Shown: one piece after another, positions 53,871-64,000 of the stretch | Numbering within the stretch: position 1 is the first letter of the stretch | Layout: the number at the start of each line of letters is the position of its first letter | Notes under the pieces: model-generated | Told to the model about the DNA's origin: nothing | Databases searched by the model: none | Seen by the model: the letters and a program-made list of their open reading frames with translations, nothing else | Source: Eledone cirrhosa | Lineage: Eukaryota | NCBI GenBank assembly: GCA_964016885.1 | Contig: OZ024755.1 | Span: forward strand, 11,284,001-11,348,000 | Direction of reading: 5' to 3' | Length of the DNA: 64,000 nucleotides | Made by a program: the position numbers and the translations under genes

Positions 53871-55206
53871 TACACAGATATACCTCTCTTTAATAAGATA
53901 CATATATTAGATATAACACATGTGCACATTTATAAAGCAGTGTAAAGAGGTAAGGTGGAATAAGAGAAGAGAAAATATGGCGAAAGGGAGAAAGGAGGCG
54001 GGGAAGCTATCAGAATCAAAAAGTAACTCATTATGAAGTTAATTAGTTGAAATACAATAACCAGTTATTTAATTAGAATAAGTAATTAAACAATGAATTT
54101 GGTCCAGATCAGTAACGACGATGAGGAGCAGTTTCTGTAGAGAAATTAATGTTGTAGTGTTGAAGTTTCATGTCTATGCTTGTGTAGTGTGTGTAAAGGT
54201 GTGTTGCTTACGGTCGTAAGGTCATGAGTTCAATTCCCTGACTGGGCGTGAGTTCAATCTCCTGAGTTCTCAGGGAGATTCGACGGGACACAGTGTGTGA
54301 TAAGCACTGGATTTTCTCAGATTAATGAACTGGAATAACGTGAAATAAAGTGCATTGCTCAAGGGCACAACCTTTCGCCCAGTCAGGGAATTGAACTCAT
54401 TAAGGGTACACCTTAGTTAGTGTAATCGGCTCATGAGTTCGAATCCCGAACTGACCGAGGAATTGTGTCCTTGAGCAAGACTCTTTATTTCACATTGCTC
54501 TAGTCTCCTCAACTGTCACACATGACTTGTATTTGTGATTCCAGCCTTATCATAGTCTATGACACGCTGAATCGATTAACTGGAAAGCTCATCGTCGGAA
54601 CCAACGGAGGTCCTTCAACAAGAACAAAACCAATAACGTGTCAGTGGAATGCTCAGCCACATGCAAGTTAATTTGACGTACAGTCTGTTTCGTTAGTCGA
54701 ACCACTGGAACACCTATCGTTACAACAGACGAAGGTCCAACCAACAACTAATCAGGGCTTCAGTTTGACCCAAATAAATACCCGTTACATCAAATATATT
54801 AAATACGCCAGTTTACTTTACGGACCTCATTATATATTTCAAATTATAATTGTGTTTTTTAGGGAACTATGTAGCAATATATTGAATATATTATCGTATT
54901 TCCTGTCCAACCTGTTTTGGCATGTCTAGAAGTATGTGGAGGGTTGTATTAGTGTTGTTGCTGTTGTTGTTTAACTTCATGTCAATTTTGTTCGAGCATA
55001 TTTACAATCAAAGGGGATCCAGATGGGGTTTTGGGGGTGGTCTTTTGTTGTTGTTGTCGTTGTTGTTTGAATTACACCTGACAAGGGTTCAACTTTGTTA
55101 CACATTACGTCATATTGAGTCTACCTGAGAATTACGTTCAGGATACAGGTGTTTGCAGAAACAATATATTCACACATTAATTTCCGTTCAGTTGAAATAA
55201 TAGAGC

Positions 55207-55368
55207 AGTCATGGGCAAACTGCGACCAGCAAGCCGCATGCGGCCCATTTGGCTTTCTGAATGGCACGCTTAATTTCAAAATTGCCTTGAATATTTTAGT
55301 AGTGCGGTCCGCCTTATGATGAGCAACATCCTATGCGGCCCATTCCTCGAAAAAGGTTGCTCAACCCG
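55207..55368. mobile_element. hAT (Charlie-like) MITE remnant
   Basis: Left end cagtcatgggcaaactgcgacc...gccgcatgcggccc and right end atgcggccc...aaaaaggttgctcaaccc resemble the CAGGGGTGGGCAAAC / GTTGCCCACCCCTG termini with GCGGCCC subterminal motifs. Confidence 0.6.
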
Positions 55369-55435
55369 ACGGAGGATCCATCTTCTATTCATATACATCT
55401 GTCCGCATGTTATATACGGATATATTTCGACACAT

Positions 55436-55466
<31 letters not shown>

Positions 55467-55964
55467 AAGATAGGTATATTGGACCAACATTGATCCCAAG
55501 TGGAACAATGTAACGGCATGTTCTTTGAATGTACGTAGGGACACCATATGCTGAGGGGCAACAGAGGCAGTGGAATTTTTTATGAAGAGATAATCGAGTA
55601 CATTATTTAATAGGGAATTTGGTTGGTTTGCGTTGTCATGATTCCTTAATAGAATAGTAAGGTTGCCGTAGTGATATACGGCATATCTTGGGAATGTTAA
55701 TCCTGGTGGAGCTTATTCATTTACAAGTCTGATCACAGCCGATAACTTCCATGGAAAGAGAGAGGGAAAGAGAGCGAGCGAGAGAGAGAAGAGAAGAGAA
55801 GAGAGAAGAGGTATAAGGGAAGAATCAACCCCTGTACTGGACTGATACTTTATCTATATATGTCAAAATGGCGGAAAGCAAAGTGGGACTCGGTACGATT
55901 TGTTCCGGCAGAGAGCAGGAAAGAATACGCGAAGGCTTCTATCCTACATTCTTAGGAACGTTCC

Positions 55965-56270
55965 TAACTCACAGTCTTCTCTTTCTTAAGAACCCTGCTA
56001 ACTCGCAACCTTCTCACTTTCTTAAGAACTCTGCTAACCCACACTCTTCTGTCTTTCTTAAGAACCCTGCTAACCTGCCCTCTTCTGTCTTTCTTAAGAA
56101 CTCTGCTAACTTACTGTCTTCTCTCTTAAGAAACCTGTAAACTCATTCTTCTCCCTTTCTTAAGAACCCTGCTAACTTGCTGTCTTTTCTCTTAAGAACC
56201 CAGCTAACACGCAGTCTTCTCCCTTTCTTAAGAACCCTGCTAACCTACCGACTTCTGTCTTTCTTAAGCA
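55965..56270. repeat. About 38-40-bp degenerate minisatellite, about 8 copies
   Basis: Recurrent tctttcttaagaaccctgctaac. Confidence 0.88.
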
Positions 56271-56661
56271 ATACAGTAACGAATGAAAGGGTTAAATAGA
56301 ATGTATATATATTGAGCAACAACAGGTGATACACTACAGATTAGTCAGGAAATCGGGACGGTAATAGGGTAATCAGACACCGCATCCAATCGCCCATTTC
56401 ACCTCTCTTATAAAATATTGCATCGTATATCATTATCAGGATCTGACATATTCGACATATTTATTGTTCGTCATGTTATGACATGATCACTGGCTCAAAT
56501 AACAAAAGACTGCTAGCAATAAACCTCTCACAAAACAGCAAATGTAATTAGCCTTTATTGTAAGGCTCTGTGGTGATTTCTTTGACATATGACTGCATGT
56601 GGGGATGTTTTGTTGGGTCTACAATAGATCGTGATTATATGTGTGTGAGTGTGTAAATGTA

Positions 56662-56721
<60 letters not shown>

Positions 56722-57069
56722 CACACACACCAGTTAAGACTAGTAAGGACATTATTCAAATTAGTAATCCATGCGTAAGGAAGATAGCGTGTAGTTATTA
56801 TTAGAGGATAGACTGCCCGGCGTTAAAGCTTAAACTATTTCGATGGACATATGTTTTTGTGAGAGTATGTATATGTCTGTATGTCTGTATATATATACAT
56901 ACACACAAATATATACATACACATATATATACAGATACACAAATATATACATACACATATATATACAGATACACACATATACATACACATATATATATAT
57001 ATATACATACATACACACTTATATGTCCCTATATATATATATATATATATATACATACACACTTATATG

Positions 57070-57107
<38 letters not shown>

Positions 57108-57110
<3 letters not shown>

Positions 57111-57282
57111 AAGAGTCGGGGCCCGTCGGCTAAGCTCTTGTTTCGACAGCTAATTCTAGAGTCTAGAATTAACCGGCGAAGCTACAAGAGCTCAGCTGTC
57201 AAGCCCCGATTCTTTCTAATATAGTCAAACTCCTAAATAGCATATACTCTGTTGAATAATAGTCCCACTAATTTAATACTGG

Positions 57283-57284
<2 letters not shown>
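57108..57284 (+). mobile_element. Diverged family A relative (imperfect palindrome plus tail) in (TA)n
   Basis: ...ggctaagctcttgtttcgacagctaattctaga-g-tctagaattaaccggcgaagctacaagagctcagctg...; same central hairpin position as family A. Confidence 0.55.
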
Positions 57285-57325
<41 letters not shown>

Positions 57326-57327
<2 letters not shown>

Positions 57328-57471
57328 AACATGTTCCAGACCCCGACGGCAGAGCTCAAGCCGTTTCGACGGCTATTTCTGGACTATTTATATTACCCAC
57401 TCTACTACCCAAAGTATCGAGTACTCTGGTGCGTTATGCCCCACCTGGTTCCTTACTACACTTCCTTCGTT
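57326..57471 (+). mobile_element. Family A copy lacking the right palindrome arm
   Basis: Left arm up to ...ggctatttctggac is joined almost directly to the tail tattacccactctactaccc...ccttcgt(TA)n. Confidence 0.7.
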
Positions 57472-59130
57472 ATATATATATAGAGAGAGAGATCCTCATA
57501 CAACTTGTACAGTCAGACATTCTCTTGATCAGCTGTCGACTAGGGATTTCGACGATTTCGGCTCCCCTCCAGCATACCAAACAGCTTTGATGCTACTAGG
57601 GACTGTCAGAGTTTATGGTCCACTCTGTAGTACAATTTCTCTGTCGTTTACCATAATGCAACGAAAGGATCCAAATGGTGTTGTAGCAATTTCAACCTCT
57701 TGGGAATTATGTTTAATCTCTATATATACACATATACATACACACATTCACACAAACGTATATATATATATATATATAAACACACAGACACACACACAAA
57801 CAAACGCAATTTAACATTCTATATCTAAATATATACAGACACACATACATATATGTATGTGCGTGTATATATATATAGATAGATAGACAGATAGATATAC
57901 ACATACATGCATATATACATACGCATGTGTGTGTGTTTTTATATTGGACATAAAATAAGATTGGGTGTAGGTTTTATACTATAAACACTATAAACTCAAT
58001 ATGGCCCGAATTTAAAACACTGAAACTTAATCACTGCACTAGGTTACGCCGACCTAGAGAGCACCGTTTTAAACTGAAGTTCAGCGCCGTAAATTTTAAA
58101 ATTGTACCATCAACCAGCATGAACACCAAACGCTGTATAATATCATTTATACATGGAAATTGGCTGTCAGAAAATAGAGGCTATTATTTTTACTGCGTGA
58201 TCTCTGTGTGATTGTGGTGTGTGTAGTGTGCTGAGGGTATGTGTGTATGATGTGTGCGTGTAGTGTTTGCAAGTGTGTGTGTACGTGTCAGTATGTGTGT
58301 GTGTGTGTGTGTGTATGTGTCAGTATGTGAGTGTGTGTGTGTACGTGGTGTGGGATGTGTGTGTATGTGTGTGTGTGTATGTGTCAGTATGTGAGTGTGT
58401 GTGTACGTGGTGTGGGATTTGTGTGTGTGTGTGTGTGTGAGTGTTTGTGTGTGATGTGATGTGTGAAATGGTATGGTATGGCGTGCGATGTTTGCATGTA
58501 TGTGTGTGTGTGTCAGTGTGCGTGTATGTGTGTACGTGGTGTGTCATTTGTATGTGTGTGTGGTATGAGTATGATATGGTGTGGTGTGCTAGCTTATGTA
58601 GTATGTGTTGTGTGTGTGAGATGAATGTGTGCCATGTATATGGTGTGTGGTGTGCGTATGTTTTGTGTCTATATGTAGAGTTTGCGCATTGTGTGGTGCG
58701 TATGTTTCGGTGGTGTGTGTATGCCAATGGTGTATGTGTAGGTGTGTGCGCCAGTAATGTACGTGTGTGTCAGTCAATGGTGGGTCTGTGTGTATGTGTG
58801 TGTGTGTGCCAGTGTGTGCCAGTGGTGAATGGCATGAGTATGTGTGTGTCAGTGATATGGGTATGCCCCTATGTTTAATGTGTGTGTGTGTCCCTATGTT
58901 TAATATATGTGTGTGCGTGTGTGTTCCCCCCCCCCCCTATGTTTAATATATAGATATATCTTTCTAGCTGTCTCATTTGTCATACTGCCCTTAACCGGTT
59001 CTCTACGCAGACATGGAAATTATATTGGTAAATAGTTTCAAGTTTTCCAGTTGAATATTTTATATTCACACACAATATATATATATATATATATAAAAGG
59101 GTGTATTTGCTGCTGCTGCTACTACTACTA

Positions 59131-59209
<79 letters not shown>

Positions 59210-60634
59210 TATATATGCGCAAACGGTCTCAGGACATGTGACTCAACATTAGTAATTCCATGTAATAATATAATTTCAGATTAAATTTCTAGAAACATAT
59301 TTAGAAATATATTCTCATATTTCTGGATTTTAGGAAAATATATATTTCTCTCAGTGTTTATAGACCATTCCTAGATATTTAAAACATAGATGCTATTATT
59401 TAATTTGATCCTGTATTTTAACATGATTTTGCTTGTACAGTAAATGCCAGCTAAAAATACGTCCTTGGATGATGTAATAGATCACAAATGCCATGGCTCT
59501 TCTGACTTAACCGAGTCTAAATGAATACAGTGCTGGATTCACTATTCTAACGTTATGGGTTCGATTCCTGGAAAGGGTGACTTACCGTGTTCTTGAGTAA
59601 GACGTTTCATTTCCCATGGTTTTTCAACATAGAATTGTGCTCTTTGTCATGAAAACACCCAACAAAGCTTCTATGGGAAAACATTGGTAGGAAACCAGCT
59701 AGATTTGCACAGGTCTGAGCTGTAAATTTCATTTTCATTTCATTTCAACTTAATTTTACAATCAGGGCCTTGATGTAATGGGGGCGCAATTTCCACGAAC
59801 CCCTACAGTGGGGGAGGGCATCAGCGACGGCCGTAGCAATTTATTCGTGCCCTCAACTGGGTTTTTTAGTTTTAGGGTAGTTAGAATTTTTTAAGTTCAT
59901 ACATACCTTTTCAATTCCAATTACTTGCGTTAAGCTAACTTTGATATGTAAAATTTGGGTGGAGGGTGCTGTGTATTCTAATTTTATGTGCAAGCCTGAA
60001 GTGCCCCGGGTCCTCAAAGGTCTAAATCCAACCCTGTTTGCCATCAGTTCTCTCTAGAAGTTATAACGCTAAAATTATTCTAGAGCAAAACCAAGGAAAC
60101 CATCCAATCATCATGTGATAACAAGGGAACTATATTTAAATTGGTCTTTCAATTACTGATATCATCCTAGCAGAAGGGGGCGTGATTTGAACTGACAACA
60201 CCGAGAGCCGGATCAGACAAAATACCGCGTCTGACCCTTTATCAATTCCTCCAATCTGCCTACCATCCCTTGACTAGAGTTACCTTCCCTTGACTGATGT
60301 TACTTTATTCATCGACCTCGAAAGGATGAAATGAAAAATTGACTTCGACTGAGATTGAACTTACAGCGCCGAGAACCGGAACAAATACCAATGCATTTCT
60401 AAAACCGACGCTGTAACAACTAGGTGGGGTGGTTGTTCCAGTGCATCTCCCTCGCCCTCCTCTGGGGCAATGTATTCTCCATCTTGTCGGCCGGGACCCA
60501 GAGTCGGAGAGTAAATTAGTTGGAGGTGAAGGATACTCGTTGGGACGTCGCTTTCTCTCTATTCCTTAACAATTATAACTGTGATTTGTTAGGTACGTAA
60601 GCTGTTTATATACCTAAACTTGTTAAAATACAAA

Positions 60635-60819
60635 ATAATTGTTTCTACTTTAGGCACAAGGCCAGCAATTACCCAGTGCATTACTGGTACTTTATTTTAT
60701 CGACCCCGTAAGGATGAAAGGCAAAGTCAACCTCGGCCGGATTTGAACTCAGATCGTAAAGGGACGTAACTATGCTGGAAAGCATGGCGTCCGACCCTCC
60801 ACCGATACTGCCAATCCAC
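60635..60819 (-). mobile_element. Meta-like SINE, full-length copy with target-site duplication
   Basis: Near-consensus unit flanked by a direct repeat tacaaaataat on both sides. Confidence 0.85.
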
Positions 60820-62169
60820 TACAAAATAATGACATGAAAACGAAGCATTATGCATATTATTAGGTTTAATTATTTAGTTTTTCTGCAGAATTTCACGTAT
60901 ACAACAATTGCGTCACTCTTGAAGATAGCTGAACTTTCAAGCTCGTTATATGTAACTTCTATGTGCATATTATCGAAATATACGATTTGTCTTAAAAAAA
61001 GAAAAAAATCCAATAATTTCTAAATGTTTATGAAATTGCTATATGTTTCAAGTAGCAAATACAACACTTTTTTTTTTAAAATGAGGTTTTCTACCTTTCT
61101 ATACCACTAAACGAAAGGACAGAATTCCTGCGGATGAAACCAGTGAAACAGCTGATATGAAAATAGTGTAATGCTGTTATAACTGTTGTTATTGTCGTTG
61201 TTGCTGTATAGCTTCAGATTATCCATGTGATTAATGACATTCTCACCGCAACGATCCTACCTTTTTTCTATGACTATATTTTATGTTATATGACTATATC
61301 TAATCTGTTATCCATTATCTCTGCCATACACTATCGTTTCGCGGCCACCGCCACCGCTATCATCATCATCATCATCATCAAATAATTAACATTACTATCA
61401 AAAGAAACTACCACTATTATCCAAAAAGTGAAGGCGTGTAACTTAGCGGTTAAAGAGTTTGGTTCACGATCGCACGGTCGTAAGTTCGAGCCCCGGCGGT
61501 ACGTTATGCCCTTGAGCAAGATAATCTACTTCACGTTGGTCCCATCCACTCAACTGGAAAAATATGAGATAAATCTGTGACTCAAATGGACAACCTTGTT
61601 ACACACTGTGCCACGTTGAATCTCCCTGATAACTACGTTAAGGGTACTCGTGTTTATAGAATGCTCAGTCACTTGCACGTTAATTTCAAGTTCAAGATGA
61701 TCTGCTAATCAAACAGAAGGAACACTCATCATGTTAATCGACGGAGGCCCTACACAATCCAAAATGAAACATATTTCTTCCCCAGGCCCGCTGCTAGTCG
61801 TCGCTGGCAGTGTTGGCCCAACTACAAATAGATATGACACACATATACTCGGGTCTCGAATAATCGTTTCATCTCCCCCCCATTATTAATTTCTCAGATT
61901 CTCCGCTTATTCTAACCCGTCCCCTCCTATTATTTGTGACTCGAGAGTAAATGAAGTTCAATAATAAAGCACACCAATATTGATTGGATATCGAACAGGG
62001 GCATTATAGTAAAGTGGCTGGTGTTAGGAAGCGCATCAAGTCGTAAAAATCATGTCACAATAGAGAACGCTAGAGTAAGACGTATTTCTCCGTGTAGCCG
62101 GGTCTCGTAACAAGATGACCCTTTCAACATATGTCAGTGTGGGAAATGGACGTATGATGATGATGACAA

Positions 62170-62655
62170 TGATGGAGATGGTTATGATGGAGATGGTTAT
62201 GATGGAGATGGTTATGATGGAGATGGTTATGATGGAGATGGTTATGATGGAGACGGTCATGATGGAGATGGTTATGATGGAGATGGTTATGATGGAGATG
62301 GTTATGATGGAGACGGTTAAGACGGAGATAGTTAAGACGGAGATGGTTAGGACGGAGATGGTTAGGACGGAGATGGTTACGACGGAGATGGTTAGGACGG
62401 AGATTGTTAGGACGGAGATGGTTAAGACGGAGATGGTTACGACGGAGGTGGTTAGGACGGAGATTGTTAAGACGGAGATGGTTAGGACGGAGATGGTTAG
62501 GACGGAGATGGTTAAGACGGAGATGTTTACGACGGAGATGGAAACGACAGAGATGGTTACGACGGAGATGATTAAGACGGAGATGGTTATGACAGAGATG
62601 ATTAAGACTGAGATGGTTACGACGGAGATGATTAAGACGGAGATGGTTAGGACGA
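62170..62655. repeat. 15-bp minisatellite (gatggagatggttat grading into gacggagatggttag)
   Basis: About 32 units; explains the MMEMV / RTEMV pseudo-ORFs. Confidence 0.93.
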
Positions 62656-62788
62656 CGACGCCGATGACAGTGACGGTGATGATGATATAATAGCAGCGGG
62701 AGCACTGTACATTAACATTTGTTAGGTTAGTTACGAGTGTTGTGTTTAAAACAACTTGTATTTCAACGGCAACAGGAACCATAGGTTT

Positions 62789-64000
62789 ATCCCTTGTTAC
62801 ATCACAAGGTCTTACATTAGGGGCCAGATTGTGGAAACATGTCCCTTGTTACATCACAAGGTCTTACATTAGGGGCCAGATGGTGGAAACATGTCCCTTG
62901 TTACATCACAAAGTCTTACATTAGGGGCCAGATGGTGGAAACATGTCCCTTGTTACATCACACAGTCTTACATTAGGGGCCAGATGGTGGAAACATGTCC
63001 CTTGTTACATCACAAGGTCTTACATTAGGGGCCAGATGGTGGAAACATGTCCCTTGTTACATCACACAGTCTTACATTAGGGGCCAGATGGTGGAAACAT
63101 GTCCCTTGTTACATCACAAGGTCTTACATTAGGGGCCAGATGGTGGAAACATGTCCCTTGTTACATCACACAGTCTTACATTAGGGGCCAGATGGTGGAA
63201 ACATGTCCCTTGTTACATCACAAGGTCTTACATTAGGGGCCAGATGGTGGAAACATGTCCCTTGTTACATCACACAGTCTTACATTAGGGGCCAGATGGT
63301 GGAAACATGTCCCTTGTTACATCACAAGGTCTTACATTAGGGGCCAGATGGTGGAAACATGTCCCTTGTTACATCACACAGTCTTACATTAGGGGCCAGA
63401 TGGTGGAAACATATCCCTTGTTACATCACAAGGTCTTACATTAGGGGCCAGATGGTGGAAACATGTCCCTTGTTACATCACAAGGTCTTACATTAGGGGC
63501 CAGATGGTGGAAACATGTCCCTTGTTACATCACAAGGTCTTACATTAGGGGCCAGATGGTGGAAACATGTCCCTTGTTACATCACAAGGTCTTACATTAG
63601 GGGCCAGATGGTGGAAACATGTCCCTTGTTACATCACAAGGTCTTACATTAGGGGCCAGATGGTGGAAACATGTCCCTTGTTACATCACACAGTCTTACA
63701 TTAGGGGCCAGATGGTGGAAACATGTCCCTTGTTACATCACAAGGTCTTACATTAGGGGCCAGATGGTGGAAACATGTCCCTTGTTACATCACACAGTCT
63801 TACATTAGGGGCCAGATGGTGGAAACATGTCCCTTGTTACATCACAAGGTCTTACATTAGGGGCCAGATGGTGGAAACATGTCCCTTGTTACATCACACA
63901 GTCTTACATTAGGGGCCAGATGGTGGAAACATATCCCTTGTTACATCACAAGGTCTTACATTAGGGGCCAGATGGTGGAAACATGTCCCTTGTTACATCA
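62789..64000. repeat. 52-bp minisatellite, about 23 copies, running off the window end
   Basis: Unit gtcccttgttacatcacaaggtcttacattaggggccagatggtggaaacat, period 52 (62841, 62893, ...), highly homogeneous. Confidence 0.97.

Noticed and set aside
61125-61165. CTGCGGA...GAAA-cagctg motif
   Set aside because: Core mismatch, no UH in register and weak stems.
62789-64000. CRISPR-like appearance of regular repeats
   Set aside because: Pure tandem units with no unique spacers, no cas genes and a eukaryotic context.

Overview
This is AT-rich eukaryotic genomic DNA saturated with microsatellites ((TA)n, (CA)n, (ATC)n, (AAC)n). The repeat landscape looks like a coleoid cephalopod such as Octopus; that assignment is inference only. 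One host gene can be reconstructed on the minus strand: a classical short-chain dehydrogenase/reductase of the SDR16C group (epidermal retinol dehydrogenase 2 / SDR16C5-like). It has five GT-AG coding exons (41157-41341, 32466-32597, 31967-32211, 28075-28200, 14945-15038). Its first coding exon was not found and probably lies beyond 64000. The rest is intronic or intergenic: two abundant tRNA-derived SINE families, RTE-type LINE 3' ends, a Tc1/mariner remnant, hAT-like MITEs and several minisatellites. Nearly all long ORFs in the track are microsatellite artefacts. The most striking hidden signal is a dense population of short (150-800 bp) elements inserted into (TA)n/(TG)n tracts. They belong to several unrelated sequence families, usually fold back on themselves (long inverted arms or a terminal snap-back hairpin), and carry minimal type I hammerhead ribozyme motifs. 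About ten such motifs were read by hand, including U3-A8 and U4A core variants. One element still carries the C-terminus of a Penelope-like-element (PLE) endonuclease ORF, which ties the set to microsatellite-targeting Penelope-like retroelements.
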